A DNA stretch of 64,000 nt from Octopus vulgaris (lineage: Eukaryota). Location: the NCBI GenBank assembly GCA_951406725.2, contig OX597818.1, positions 98,642,001 through 98,706,000 of the forward strand. The letters run 5' to 3'. A model generated the notes under the pieces. The model saw only the letters and a list, made by a program, of their open reading frames with translations, did no database searches and was not told the DNA's origin. Shown here piece after piece: positions 13,472 to 28,800 of this stretch (its first letter is position 1; the number at the start of each line of letters is the position of its first letter). The position numbers and the translations under genes are program-made.

Positions 13472-14295
13472 CTTTTATCATTTGCTTGTTTCATTGGATT
13501 GCGGCCACGCTAGGGCATAACTTCGAAGACTTTAGTCGAACAAATCAGGCCCAGTATTTACTTTTGATTCCGGTACTTATTCTATGGGTCGCTTTTGACG
13601 AATTACTATATTATGGGGACGTAAGCAAAATGAAAAGGGTCGTGAAATGGTGAGGGGTAGCAAGCACTTAGACACGCACACTTAAACATGCGAGAGGCTT
13701 CCGCACAGTTTCCTTCTACTAAATCCACTAACAAGTCATTGGACGGCTGGGGCTATAATAGAAGACACTTTCCCAAAGTGCCACGCAGTTGTTGTAAGAA
13801 GATCTTCTTAACCACACAGCCATGCCAGTCACAGATTTCTAGAATAATATTAGTTTGATATAAAATGCTGTAAAATATGTTATGAACATTTATGAGTTTG
13901 TCTACATGTACTTTCTTTGATAACAGTTAATCATTTGCAAGACAAGCATGAGTCTTTGGTTGTATGGTTAATAAGGTCGCTTCGTAACCATAAGGTTTCG
14001 AGCTAAATCCCACTCAGTGATACCTTGGACAGGTGTCTTCTACTATAGCCCCGAGTCGACTAATGCCTTCTAAGGGAATTCGATAGACGGAAACTGCGCG
14101 CGCGTGTATGGTTGTGCTTGTGTTTGACCATCACCACCACCACCATCACAAGACGGTGTTGCTTTGTTTACGCACCCGTAACTTAGTTGTTCGGTAAAAT
14201 CGAGCAACTTTAGATACTGAGGTAGATTTGTTCGACTAAACGTTTCAAGGTGGTGCCCTTCTATGGCTGCAGTCCAATGAGTGAATGAGTGAAAA
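13472..14295. mobile_element. Two old, divergently oriented SINE A-like copies
   Basis: Degenerate matches to family A: minus ~13472-13830, plus ~13945-14295. Confidence 0.65.
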
Positions 14296-15880
14296 AATTT
14301 AGTTTCTTAATTCCTTACATCTCTGATTATATTGTGATGCAGATCAAGGTAATAGTCAGTTACGTCAACTCAAATCTATAATTGCTAAAATGAATAGGTA
14401 AGAAAGATGAATGCCAATGTTTATCTGCAGTATTCGAAATCTATGTTAAAATCTAAATTAAGATCTAAATTAAAATATAGAAATTGAAACGCATTTTAAT
14501 TAATACTTTAGTGTCTTAGCTATCAAAAGCAGACTATTTCTGGCAGTACTCTTGCTTTCACTGCCCACATTAAACTATAACACACCTCTATGGTTATTAT
14601 GCCAAGTTATTCTTAATTTTGTTTCTCGTATTAATCTAAACACATAACAGAATAAGACAGTTGATCGAAATATATTCGCTGTAGGGTGGAATACGTTCGT
14701 CTATAACAAACAGACATATTATTTCTCAGAAAATATTTCACGACTAATGATCATGGAAAGCAATTTCTACTTCCATGTTCTTTAAATAAATTCATCAAAT
14801 AATGGCTTATAACGTTATTAAAGCAATAATTCACACATTAAATCAATTCTACTGCACATATTTATTCATATCTACTTTAGATGACATGTTTAAACAGCAC
14901 TATATTTTTGTAAAGTGATGTTCTACATCGCATTGCGTGTATATCTGGCTAAACGTTGAAAGAGTTGAAATGCCCGTTAGTGGCCAGGTGCTCTCTTAGT
15001 CTATAGACGTAAACTACATCATCTTATGTATGGTAAATATTTACAGCATGTCAGAATATTATTTTTTAACAGTCAGAGTGCAGTGCTAGAGGCCAGTATC
15101 TGACTGAACTTTGATTGGATTGTTATGTACATACGGCAATGAGCTAAGAAAATTGCCCCATTATTAATGAGAGTATGTCATTGTCTAAATAATTAATTAT
15201 ATTTAACGTAGGCGGAGGAGATGACGTATTATTTGAATTAACAATTCATATAGGTGTGCAAAACTAGTTTTGTATCTATCTATCTATATGTCTAAACATA
15301 CACACACACATATACAGATACACACATATATACACACACATACATATATGTATGTATTCATGTATAAATGTATATATGTGTGTGTATATGTGTGTCTATG
15401 TATGTATATACATATACATATGCACATGTATATATAAATATGTACTCTATATATGTAGACATAAATGTGTGTGTGTGTGTGTGTGTGTGTTTTGCCCGTC
15501 TGTATATATTTTGGTGATCGTTATTGCTTTTTAATTATTAACTTTTTGATATTTTGTACCCAAAATGTTTAAATAAATAACTACTTTACAACTTCAAGAA
15601 ACTATATAAATCATATAATCCCTCCCTCTCTTTCTCTTTCTCCCTCTTCCTTTGTCTCCCTCTCTTCCTCTCCCCACCCTTCTCTCTCTCTCTCTCTCTC
15701 CTACGCACACAAACACATACATATACACATACACAGGCAGCCTCATACAATTTTGTATGCTAAAAACCTGGAGTAATTCCAACTATGATTCTGTTTTTTT
15801 TTTCCATTGAAGAGTCGACCGTAGATTTCAGCAGGTTGAAAAATAATGACAGTTAGCTCTATAAGCGCGGGAGAGCAATA

Positions 15881-15900
15881 AATGCTGGAAATTGTAGTCA
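15881..15900 (-). promoter_or_regulatory. ZNF143/Staf-like (ACTACA-SBS) motif
   Basis: Minus strand TGACTACAATTTCCAGCATT is close to the ACTACAATTCCCAGCA promoter consensus. Motif match only. Confidence 0.35.
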
Positions 15901-16321
15901 TATGCTAGGCTTCAGGCTGGAAGATAGTTCTTTAACACTCCAGAGAATCGGTAGGTGCTGCCACGCCCAATGCAAAATTATATGGAGTATATTTGGGAGT
16001 TTTGTTCAGTGGAGGCAGTGCACCAGCATGGCTAGGGTCAAGGAGACTCAATCAAAGAAATAAACGAAAGACAGAAATTTCGCATGTATATTATGTAGGT
16101 TTGTAATGTAGTGTAATGAATGTGTATGTATATGTATGTATTTACGATAAATGTGACATACATATATGCGCGCGTATATATATATATATATATATATATC
16201 ACCGTGATCACCGTTACCGACCATGTTATCAGATGTTTACTACACATCGTTGGTCACAATGCGCTTCACATTGTTTTAGCCTTCAAATGACGCCACCCTG
16301 CTGGCTAAGCGACCAGGCCTG

Positions 16322-16394
<73 letters not shown>

Positions 16395-16413
16395 ATGTAT
16401 GTATGTATGTATG

Positions 16414-16445
<32 letters not shown>

Positions 16446-16774
16446 TATATACATACATACACACACACACACACATATATGTGTGTGTGTGTGTGTGTTA
16501 TATCCAGGAATCGAGGTGTAGGAAGAAAGTTAGCTTCAAGCAATCCGTAGTAAATATAAAAATAACTTTCAGGGACAATATTGGTTGATTGAGACAGGAG
16601 GTTGTGGATTTTTTCGTATTGAACTACGATAAACGGAAAAGTTCTTTTTATATTTCCCGGTAGGCGACCAGGGGTGCCGGGTGTGCGAATAAGAATGCAA
16701 GAATTACAGAATGGAGTAGATAAGATCCGAGCTACATATATTTCATAGCTAGCGGAACCGCAAGCTATGAAGTA

Positions 16775-16839
16775 TACGGGGACGTAAGCATACCAGCATC
16801 GGTTGCCAAGCGATGTTGGGAGGGACAAACACAGAGACA

Positions 16840-16917
<78 letters not shown>

Positions 16918-17072
16918 CGACGGGCTTCTTTCAGTTTCCGTCTACCAAATCAACTCACAAGGCTTTGGTCAGCCCGAGGCATAGTAGAAGACACTTGCCC
17001 AAAGTGCCACGCAGTGGGACTGAACCATGTGGTTGGTAAGCAAGCTACTTACCACACAGCCACTCCTGCACC
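16775..17072 (-). mobile_element. SINE family A, partial
   Basis: Head and microsatellite portion of family A. Confidence 0.85.
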
Positions 17073-17852
17073 TATATGTATATACAGGTACTTCTTATCC
17101 ATTCATACTAGGTACTTAAATTGAGGTACCGAATAAGTGACCTGACTGGATAAGAAGTACCGTATAAGTCACCCGGTGTTCAGAATATGTAAGGAAGTGC
17201 TCTAAGGAAAATATTGATAAGAATAGTAGATAACAGGCGAAAAATAAAAGAATTGTCAGAGAGAAAAATATCTTTCTTTTCTTCATCATGATGCAGAGAT
17301 GATAAATTAATACTACAATAAAAAGTAAAATTATAAACTTCTCCGTCGAGTGTTCATATTCACTCTAGTCATGCGTATTCCAATGAAATTCCGAGATGAG
17401 GAATGTTACAGATGATTTACGTTTGACTAAACCAACAATCTACTCAACATACACAACTGCATGTACAACAGACTATTATCTAATATCATCGTAAATATTT
17501 AGAGAAAATCTTTTTTCTGTCACATGCAAAATATAAACATAGGAACCAACGGTATTATTTAAAACTGGGGTGATGATAAAATAGGATTCTTAACTTCTCA
17601 TCCTTCATGAATTACAATTTAAAGATCATAAAGTAGATTTTGCTAACATTCTTAAATGCAAAAACAGAGTTTAAGTTTGGTTTGAAAGAATGTCATGGAC
17701 ACCATCCTGCTTAAAACCAAAACATGGCTACTACAAACAAGGAAATACCTCCTTTTTATGAAAACATTTTAAGGATAGAAAATATTGGCTTAGGGTTTTC
17801 ATGACGGAGCTGAACTATGTATGAACCATTGTTTTGTGTATTCTAGACGTAA

Positions 17853-18249
17853 TCTCTTTTACTCTTTTATTTGTTTCAGTCATTTGACTGCGGCCATGCT
17901 GGAGCACCGCCTTTAGTCGAGCAAATCAACCCCAGGACTTATTCTTTGGAAGCCTAGTACTTATTCTATCGGTCTCTTTTGCCGAACTGCTAAGTAACGG
18001 GGACGTAAACACACCAGCATCGCTTGTCAAGTGATGTTGGGAGACAAAGACACACAAGCATATACACACACATACATACATTATATATATATATATATAT
18101 ACGACGGGCTTCTTTCAATTTCCGTCTACCAAATCCACTCACAAGGCTTTGGTCGGCCCAAGGCTATAGTGGAAGACCCTTGCCCAAGGTACCACGCAGT
18201 GGGAATGAACCCAGAACCATGTGGCTGGTAAGCAAACTACTTACCACAC
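17853..18249 (-). mobile_element. SINE family A
   Basis: Near full-length homolog of 1206-1614. Confidence 0.9.
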
Positions 18250-18398
18250 GAAGATTAACGCTAACATATATCGATACTTCGAAATTACCTTTTCAGGGAA
18301 CATGAATGACCGTAGTATGTGCAAATTTGAAAAATACCTCATCATCTTCAAGAATTTAGGCCTAAAATACCTAATACATATCCCTCTTTATATGAAAA

Positions 18399-18780
18399 CT
18401 AGCAGTATCGCCCGGCGTTGCTCGGGTTTGTAAGGGAAATAACTATAAAGCATTTTTAGAGAGTTATAGCCAAAAAATAGCAAAAAAATGGGAAAAAAAT
18501 TATGGTAAATTTTTTTTTAGAGTAAAAAAGGTCGAGTTGCGTCCCCTAGACAGTCTGTGGTTTGTGTTTCTGATTCTCGACCCCATGTCGAATTTATCTA
18601 TTTTTTTCAGAACTGGGGGAACTTTTCAAAATTTTCGCTGCGTTAGTTTTGAATTATGACATTGGGCTATGTGTGTGTCAAGTTTCATCAGAATCGGTTG
18701 AAAGCCGTGGTCAGGGTGAGGGTACAACCTAACAGACACACAGACACACAGAGACAAACTGCCGTTTATATAGAGAGAGA
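18399..18780 (-). mobile_element. Non-autonomous Helitron, copy 1
   Basis: On the minus strand it runs 5'-TC..CCCGAGCAACGCCGGG (hairpin)..CTAG-3', between A and T with no TSD. Very similar to 45207-45584. Confidence 0.8.
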
Positions 18781-20239
18781 TTTGTTTGACGTGACTCTCA
18801 GTTTAGAGCATGTTTGTTTTATTCGTCTCACGAAACCTATAAAAAGTCGTTGCACTGTATCCAGTTATTCTAATCAAGAACCAAATATTTTTTCAGGGTT
18901 CGTCTCCGCCACCTGTCAGCGAGTTTTATTCTTATTTACCCATTAAACAGAATTCAGTGGCGTATCGAATGATTATAAATAAAATTTTGAAAGAAGCGGA
19001 TACAAAAGTGCCAAATACCTGAAAAACAAATGTAGAACAAGAAAAATTATCCAATTTAAATGTAAGAAAAAATGCAGGGAAAAAGTTCCTGAAGCAAGTA
19101 TCTTTATATTTTCTAAGAACTCATAGGTACTACAATATATTGAATACATAACCTATTAAAATTGCCAATGCTGGGACGAGCAACGCATTAAATGTAAAAT
19201 AAATATCTCCACCGAATCTACAGAAAGTTCTTATATTTAGGACCCAGCCAACTGTTCTCTTTGCGGACATTACCTGGCTACTTCCCTAGAATGTGTGAAG
19301 GTTCAGGTTAATAATATTTGGTGACTAGAGAAAATCAGTGAAAATCCTTTTAAAATATCATGGGCCATCCTTGATTTCACTTCCAACTAAAGGCAAGGGA
19401 ACATTAGACCAAGCTAGAAATATCAACTTTGTATAAGGGAAGCAGTTACCTGTTTGAGCATTAACAACGAATTACTGTGCACAAACATGTACAAGCGTAA
19501 ATATTAATTTAAATATTAAATAGACATATTAAGGTAAATATCAAATAGACAGATTAATTCAATTGCTATGATTGAGGCCTGAAGAACTACATCCTTCCAT
19601 CGCTAGAAGTTGGATTACAGCAATGATAATTACTACATGCTGAACTTTTGAAAAGCTTTCTTTATGTTACCTGTTCTACTTGTAGCTTGTATTTGTGAAA
19701 TGCGTTTTAACCGGTCCCTTTCCTTGCCCGCAAATTATAGCCGTGTTGTACTCTTTCGTCCCAACTTTCTCTCTCTCTCTCTTTCTTCCTGTTTCTTGAG
19801 TAACGCTGTGATGGACTGGCATCCCTTCCAGCTGGGGGGAACACATAGAAACCGGGAAACCGGGCCCATGAGCCTGGCTAGGCTTGAAAAGGGCGCAAAT
19901 ATATATATATATAAAAACAAACACGCATGCACACATATATATATACATACGTACATATAGCCGATATTTATCTGCAGGAATAACTAATACGACTGTATCC
20001 TTTTTTTTTATATGTAGTTCTCTTTGCTGTGTAACAATGCCACAGTTTTTCTCGAACCAGCTGTTCTTGGTGTTACTTTCCTGCTTTTTCATCAGTAAGT
20101 AGTAAACATTCTTTGTTAGTTTTGATATATTTCTATATCGTTCAGTCACAATATAGTAGCTCAATGTTAATGTTTTAATAAAAATACTGACTTTAAATTT
20201 AATTGAATTTTCCTACGATCATATCTACTGAAGGGATAT

Positions 20240-21150
20240 TATGTTACAAAAATATACGCGTCTGGAGAATGGGTCTGCAAAATGTAAAGTATGCGGGATT
20301 TGGAATGAAACAATGGCATACATTGTTGCAGAATAACTCAAGTTGGCTCAAGGAGAATATAAGAAATGTAGATATGATCAAGTTGCGAAAGTTTTGCACT
20401 GGGAGCTTTGTCGAAAATGGAAGTACATGGTAAAATCATCGGATAGAAAGAGTACTTGAAGGCGGCGAACTGACAGAAACGTTAGCACGCCGGGCAAAAT
20501 GCTTAGCGGTAGTTCGTCTGCCGCTACGTTCTGAGTTCAAATTCCGCCGAGGTCGACTTGCCTTTCATTCTTTCGGGGTCGATAAATTTAGTACCAGTTA
20601 CGTACTGGGGTCGATCTAATCGACTTAATCCTTTTGTCTGTCCTTGTTTGTCTCTTCTATGTTTGGCCTCTTGTGGGCAATAAAGAAACAAGAAAGAGTA
20701 CTTGATTTAGAAACGTGAAGAGTTTGTGGGATTTTCCTATTCAATCGAATAAGAGGATGGAAGATAAACAAGTCAGATACTATAGTAATAGACAAAAAAG
20801 TAGAATTCTCATACGGATTGATCCACCATGTCCATTTCATGCTAGGATTGTAAAGCAAGTAGATAAAAAGTTGGGGAAAGACAGCCCCTTAAAATTTGAG
20901 ATTGCAAAGAATTGGAATATGAAATCTGTAATGATTGTACCTGTGAAAATTAGTGCATTAGGAAGTTTGAGTATAAATGTATAAAGGAAATTGAAATAGA
21001 ATGTCTACAGGTTTGCCTCTTGGAACTGGAAAGATTATCAGAAGGGTTTAAGCACTTGTTCGAATCATGCGGGCACCTAAGGTTACAAGGAGTAACCCAC
21101 TATGTATATAAATTCTATCTGTAATAAGATCAAATCTAAGACGATGATAA
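20240..21150 (+). mobile_element. 3' fragment of R4/Dong-like LINE, interrupted by a SINE B at 20460-20690
   Basis: YKKCRYDQVAKVLHWELCRK..KSLWDFPIQSNKR..VPVKISALG. SINE TSD AGAAAGAGTACTTGA at 20445 and 20691. Confidence 0.8.
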
Positions 21151-21559
21151 CTATTTATTTGGTAACATACACTGGCTCGACTTCAGTATACTCAATTCTA
21201 ATGATTCCACCAATCTTCAGTGGTATAATAATGCACCGAAAACGAGGTACACGATTTCACCCCTTGTCTGAAGTGTAGTATTTCAGTACATGATTGTATC
21301 CCCATTCTGAATTGTGGTATCCATATTTTTACAAAGTGACCAGCGTAAATGGAGATTACTTTTAAAATGTCAGCGCTTGTATGCTTATTGAACTATCATT
21401 TTCTAACCTTCTTTAATATACACAATATTTTCAATTCGATGGTTACATTTCTTCTTTGAGACTCATCATCCTTATCATAATCCTCATCCTCCCACTGCTT
21501 CATGTTCCTCCTCAATTTTTAACTGCCATCATCCATGCTGGCATGGATTGGATGTTCCG

Positions 21560-24500
21560 GAGGACTGCGTCATACTCCAGTGCTCTACGGCTGGATGTTG
21601 TCGAATAAATATCCTAGCTTGAACTTCAGGAGCTCTTTCTTTTTTTTTTTTGTTTTAGTATTCAACGCGGAGCCACTCCCATGATGTTTTTGTTTTTTTT
21701 TTTGCATTCTTGCTGCCTTTCTGGAATTGTTTACGTTAGGTATTTCTTCTCATGTAATTTATCTTCAACAAAATATCCTGTTTTGTATTTCTTCAATTCT
21801 CCTCATCTTTTCCTGTCAAGTATTGACACCACACTGTTCAGTGGGGCTTATATCTTCCGATATTCTCTTTTTCCACCAAAGTTCCCTTTTCTTTCCGTTT
21901 ATGTTCTGTGTTCATTATTCTTTAATCCCATCCTTTCTGCAACGGTCCTACTCACAACCTTGATTTGTTTATTAGTTTGTGAGATGCTCTTTATGTCAAG
22001 ATGCTTCAGTTAATTGACTCTGCTTGTTTATTAATTTGATCTCCATTGGTCAGCCTTCTTAAAATCATACATAAATTCTTTCCGTTCTGCATTTGATAGA
22101 TCTAAAACCCTGTTTATTAGCATCGACATAAGTAAGTCCTGCTTCTATTATAACAGCATATTTAAGGCGGTGAACTGGCAGAATTGTTGGCGCCCCGGAC
22201 AAAATGCTTAGCAGCATATCATCCACTTTTACAATCAAATTGTAATTTCGAGGGGCCGACTTTGCCTTTCACTTTCGGGGTTGAGAGTACCAGTTGAGCA
22301 CTGGGCTCAATATAATCGACCAGCACTCTCCTCAAAAATTTCAGGTTTACTGCCTAAGGGAGAAAGGACTATTACAGCATATTTAAGTCATTCATCATCA
22401 CTTTTTGCAGAGAGACACTTTACTGACCTTCGTTCTCTATCATAACGATCGGAAATGGAAGTGAATCCTCTTGCTCAGTTCTCCCATTTCATGTATAAAA
22501 GACTGACATCTGCAATTGGATGAAACAACCCAAACACAGTTTAAGTTTTTCTCGTTTATCTGTCTCATGAACCTATTTTTATCTTTCGTCCAATTCATTA
22601 TTCTAGCAATATAAGACACGATGGTGACCGCTCACGTATTTCTTATATTTAGCAAGAATTCTTTGAATTACGTTTGTTCTTCGGTATGAGGTCTAATCTT
22701 TTCAAATATATCGTTTTCCATTTTTCCCATTACCGGTTCAAAAGAAACTCCACAGGCACAAACGTGTCGTTAGGCAGAAATACCCGAAATGTGCAGAGAA
22801 CCCTGAAATAGTGCTTCACGTACTCGTGCAACGTCCGAGCATTGCGGACTTGTGGAGTAACGTCGAACCTTTGCTGCTACGTGTAGGACTGATCCGGATA
22901 TCGTCTGAATGCATCGTAAAGCTTCTCCTACCACCTTCCTTTAATAAAGTAGTGACTATGTCAAAAGAGATTGCGTGGTGAGTGAGGCCGAAATGATTGA
23001 GAATAGACACATTCCTCTTTAATCACTATTGGTATCATGTCTACTCTCTTCATTGCCCACAATCTGCGTTTCATAGTTGTTCGCTTTTTATTCTTTCTCT
23101 TCGATACTGTTGTTACCAGGACATGGTATGTCGATTATCAGGCATGATTGTTCTTTTCCTTTCACTATAACAATATTAAGATTCCGATGTCCGATCTGAT
23201 GGTTACGCCATGTCATTGCATGCCACGCGATCGCACATTGTTTTTCTCTTTCCATGCCGTTTCTCTTTTGTGTTCTTTTTCTCTTTAAATTTCCCTTTCT
23301 TAACATAATTATCAATTTTGACGATGCCGGTCTTCTTCATATGTATCTGCAATAGTACCGCGGCAATTTTTCGATACAACCCTAAGCTGTTTTCCTCTGT
23401 TTCACCACCATCTAGCCAACTGATCAAACCTCTCCCACACTTTTCTGCAACCTATCAGTGTAACTCTTGGGATGGAATGCTCCCTGCACTGTCAATAGTT
23501 TCCGTGTCTTTGTATCCCTACTAATCAGTTCTTTTTTGTCAGTTTATGATTCCAGTTCCATACCGAAGGGATGCTATCACCCATATATCTACAGCTTGGA
23601 TTTTATTTCATCCAGTCAATTTTGAGCGCAACAGTAATCTTAATCTTCGGAAATATTCTCTTCTCAGCTGTTCTATCATTCCCTTCTCCATGATTTCATT
23701 GAACTCTGATATGCCAAGGTACTTATAGCCTTCCTTTTCAATTTGTTTCATCATTTCTCTGTTTGGTAATTATCTATTTGGTATTGTCTCTATTTGTTAT
23801 TGATTACCCATAATTGGTTTCTGGTACCTATGCATCTTCCCTTACAACCTTATTGCACTATTGGTAAAATGATATCAAGAAGTTTCTACATTTCTTCAGT
23901 AATCCCTCCTGACAGTAACTTCCACATTAATGGAAGGCAAGAAATTGGCCTGCAATTGTTGTCAGTATTTTTTTATATATACACCTTTCAAGCACAACAC
24001 TGTTCGTCCTGTGGTCAACCACCCTGGAATTTCTTCTGCTCCACCAATCAATGCGTTAAATTACTCTGCAATCAATTTATGGCACCTACCGAACTGTTTC
24101 ATCTAAAATCCCTGTACACCATTGGGATCTGTTGCTCCAATTTCTCATCTTTGTGCTCATAGTTTTGATACTGCCCTCGGTTAAGAGAATAGCTCCTTGC
24201 TGAGGATAAGAAGCTGTTTGCTTCAAGCTACAGAGCCGTTCAGCTCCAGAATTGTGTTGAGCTTGCTTACTCCATATCATACCTCAAAACTGTCCTCTTT
24301 CATCTGTATCAGGAACTAATATTTCGTATGCTAAATCATCATTAATTTCTTGATAAAATCTTTTTTGGTCGATTCTAAACAATCGGTTTTGCTGGTATTG
24401 TTTATTCCGTTGCTCACACCTAGTTAGCTTTGCTTCTTTTGCAAGTATGCGCTGTTTCAGTTCTTCAATTACACTATTTCGTCCACCGTAGTTCTACATT

Positions 24501-25640
24501 TTTCAAATTTGCTATCATTCTTCAATTCTCCTCTTTTCCTGTCAAGTATTGACACCACACTGTTCAGTGGGGCTTATATCTTCCGATATTCTTTTTTTCC
24601 ACCAAAGTTCCCTTTTCTTTCCGTTTATGTTCTGTGTTCATTATTCTTTAATCCCATCCTTTCTGCAACGGTCCTACTCACAACCTTGATTTGTTTATTA
24701 GTTTGTGAGATGCTCTTTATGTCAATATGTTTCAATAAATTGACTCTGCTTGTTTATTAATTTGATCTCCATTGGTCAGCCTTCTTAAAATCATACATAA
24801 ATTCTTTCTGATCTGCATTTAATAGATCCAAAACCCTGCTTATTAGCATTTGTTCTTCATCGTTTCAATGATCTTTGATATCGATTCTTTCACAACTCAC
24901 AGCAGTAAATTCTTGTAAGCGATTGTCCATGTATTTCATTATGTCACTTTGTTTTTATCATATGCTCAGCATTTCCTGATATCTTCCTTTTGATAGCTTC
25001 TAACTCCAATTCTGTTCCTTCGTATTGGTTTTGCTTGATCCCATTTCATTTCAATCAATCCCCTTCCATTCTCTGTGCATTCGTTATCTCTATCCTCTGA
25101 ATGGCATGCCATTTGCACCTACTGGAATGCTCCAATAACCATCATGCTTACTTGTTTACTCTACTTTTGTTTTTCAGCACGGCTAGGTGTGGCCGCATTA
25201 CGACCAGGCTCACCTTACTGCACAATGAGACACCTGCCGGGTGTGGCACCTTCACCATTGGCACTAGTCCCGTTCACACTGTTATCGTCGGCTATTTTGC
25301 TTGACATTTTCACTCGCAAATGAAGTGCATTTTTACGCTTCCACCAACCGGTATTTTCATCGGAACACTATTCCTAGCAAGGTTGCCCACCAAGTTGAGA
25401 GATACTTTCACTGGTTTTAAAGTCAGAGTGGCCCTTCTCCTAGACTGATTGCCATCCAAAACTAACGAGCTCGACCTACCCAGAGCACTTCTTACTTGAA
25501 GGCGCCAGACATTCTCCTTTTCGCTCCTTTCTCTTGTTAGTTCGGCGACGACTTGGGCTTGACTGTCAGAGGTTTGCGCAGGCTATTAGGGCACTTTACA
25601 AGCGAAAGGCGCTCTAACCCATTCACCACTCCAGCATTGA
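21560..25640 (-). mobile_element. Fragmented, rearranged R4/Dong-like LINE(s)
   Basis: Minus-strand remnants of RT ([24 protein letters not shown]) and endonuclease (CLIIDIPCPGNN). Many stops and deletions, a SINE B insertion at 22166-22370, and a duplicated block. Confidence 0.8.
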
Positions 25641-25834
25641 CAGTTTTGTTTCTACATTTTATTTCTCCTCTTCAACTTATTATTACCATTATCACCACCA
25701 CCGCCACCATCACCATCACCACCACCACAACCAACACCACCACCACCAACACCACTACCAACACCAAGACCACCAAAAAGACCACCACCATCATCGTCAT
25801 CATCATCATCGCTATCATCATCATCATTATTGTT

Positions 25835-28800
25835 TTATTTCTAAGAACGCTCGGTCTTGTTTGGTCTGGTGGAATCTGTGGGAGCAGACAGCAGAGGTCT
25901 CACAGAGTCTATTTCCGCACATTTTAAGCTTTGATACTTGGTTGTGTTGTTAATTATCGTGAGAGACATTCAACATCCAAGTACCAATCTTAAAATCCTA
26001 GCTGTCTCCAGCAGAGCAGTTTTGGGAGCCTGTCCTGCTCTCGTGTCAATTCCGATTTCTTTGATATATTTCTCGAACTTGGTTGTTAGTTCTCCGAGTG
26101 CCCCCAAAAGTACTGGAATGACAGACACCCTCCTCATAGTCCACATTCTTGCAACTTCGTCTTTTAGTAGTCTGTTCTTTTCAATCTTTTCTTGCTCTTT
26201 GTCACTCCAGGTATTGCAATATCTATGATCATGGTTTCCTTTTTTCCTTTATCTACCACAACAATATCTAGTTTCCGAACCTCGATTAGGGAATCACATT
26301 GGATTGTAAAATCCCACAATATCTTATTTCCTTGTTCTCGGTGACTCTTTCTGGTTCATATTCGTACCATTTCCGTGCTCTGTTCAGGCCGTACATTTCC
26401 CACAGCCTTCAGTGGATGAACATAGCCACGTTATCGTACCTCCTTTTGTAGTGCTTTTGAGCCAGCTTGCTGCACTCACTCACAATATGTGAGATTGTTT
26501 CGTTTCTGCTGCTACACACATCCTACAAAGAGACGAATCGCTGCTCTTATCTATTTCGAACTTTGTGTAGTCAGTTCTCAGAGTTTGTTCCTGAGCGCTG
26601 CATATCAATGCCTCAGTGCATCCTTTCAGATCACTTTTTCATAGCCATCTCCAGTGTTGATCCTATCTTTTCTTTCGATTTCTCTGAAGTATTCTCCATG
26701 CAGTGGTTTCATTTTCCGGTTGTTTACTCTTTCTTCTTTATCTTGTTTCTTAAATGTTTGTAGGTGCATCACATTTTCGGTAGGTGATATATTATATTAA
26801 TTCTAACAGCAGCAAGCAAGGATTCCCTATGTTGTTTGATGTACTATCCCAGATTGTTCTTCTCGTTGACAACACAGATCTTGCATCCTATGAGACCTCT
26901 CCCCATCCCTGTTTCTAGGCACATACAGTCTGTCAGTATCACTTCTGGGGTGTAGTTCTTTACCAATTGTCATCGCTTTTCTAGTTTTCCTTTTCATTTC
27001 CTCAAGCTCGTTCTCAGTCCACCTAACAACACCTGCGCCGTATCGCATTAAGGAAACAGCCCATGTGTTAATTGCTCTGATTTTGTTGTTTCCATTAAGT
27101 TTACTTCCCATAATTAATTTGGTTCTTTTGAGATAGTCTCGCCTAAAGCTTTCTTTCATTTCACTTTCCTTGGTTTTGTCATACTCTAAAATCCCCAGAT
27201 ATTTGTATCCATTAGTCTCGCCGTTGTATAGCTCTACACCATCAGACGACACTACTTTACCTCTTTATATTATAAGAATACCACATTTTTTAGTTCCAAA
27301 TTCCATTTCGATATCCTTACGAATATCTTCACTGTTGAAACTAGGCCATTTATTTCACGTTCGGTCTTTCCAAAGATCTTTCAATCATCCATATATAATA
27401 GATGATACCACTTTTCAAGGTGTGCCCCAACGTCACTTTCCGTAGTATTTATGGGAGGGGTATCATACAAATCACAAACAGCAATGGTGACAGGCGATCT
27501 TGAAATATGGCTCTTGGTGTTAACCCACGCCCAAAATTTTCCACATGCAGTTAACTCTGTATTCCAGTGTTTTCAGACATCTGTACAAGCTGAAGACTTT
27601 CCATGAATGGGAGATCATGTCATGCGCTTTCATATAATCGATCCACGCCATGCCCAATTTAGTAAGTACTTTCTTGCAGTCGTTCAGTACCATTCTGTCT
27701 ATCAGAAGTTGGTCTTCTGTCCCTCGGCTTTTCCTTTTGTACCCTTTCTGTTCCATGGGCAGTTTGTCATTCCTTTCCAGGAAGTTATACACATAGCTAG
27801 ATATTATTCCTCTCATCAGCTTCCACATCAGGGGCAGACAGGTGATAGGCTGGTAATTATCCACTGCATTGTCCTTGCTTGCATCCGTTTAGCAAAGAAT
27901 TGTTTTACTTGTGGTCCTTGTACGTCCTTGTTGATCATTTTATCCATTTCCGTGGCTCTTCTTCTGCGTAGTACTGGGAAATTTTTCAGCCAATATCCTT
28001 GTACCTCATCAGGTTCTGGTCATTTTCAGTTTGAGATCTTTGTTGTCTCTTCGGTTAACATTTCAGTCGTTATTCTAATATTACTTTCTTTCACTTCATA
28101 TTTTCCTACCTCAATTCCATCAACCATTTAGCATCTTTGTTATGCTTTCTTCCAATATCTCAGATGTTACTTCAAAAACTTAAACCTTTTACTTTCTTCA
28201 ACGTCTGGACTCTCGCTGCTGTTAACCTTTTCATTCAGCTGTTGATAAACCCTTTTCTGGTCTTGGAGCAATCTGTTCATTTTATATTGTTCAGTTTTTT
28301 GGTCATATCTCTTGATCTTTGTTGCTATAGCCTGCAATCTTTGTTTCAGCTCTTCGAGAACTACATTTAACCCCTTTTTCTTTATCCTATATCTATGTTT
28401 TAGTTCTTGATATTTCTCCTCCCTCCTGATTTCGCCTTTTCTCTTTCTTTCCAAGATATTGATACATCTTCATAGTTCGTTCAGTGATTGTTTTATTCTT
28501 CTTTCCCCCAATGTTCTTTTTCTTCATTCCCACATTTACGGTTTGGTTCAAGGGCTACTTTATTTCCTGTATAGATGATGCAGACTTTAATCAATCTATT
28601 CGTTCCAGTTATATATTTGTCTTGATGTTTTTTCTGGGTTCACCCCCTGAGAAAATTTCTATCTACTTTCCCGAATCCATTTATTTCCATATCCTCAATG
28701 ATACTAGTAATGTCTTCGATCATTCTTTTATCTTCATTACTCAGTCCTTCTCTATACTCAGGGCTTGAGACACTATATTTCTTAAGTGCAGCCTCGTCAC

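Noticed and set aside
19664-19730. MLPVLLVACICEM.. as leader exon of the Ig gene
   Set aside because: No suitable phase-1 donor; the ORF runs into a SINE fragment.
25553-25927. ORF with Thr-rich stalk and hydrophobic stretch resembling a mucin-like membrane protein
   Set aside because: Derived from (ACC)n/(ATC)n trinucleotide repeats between two LINEs.
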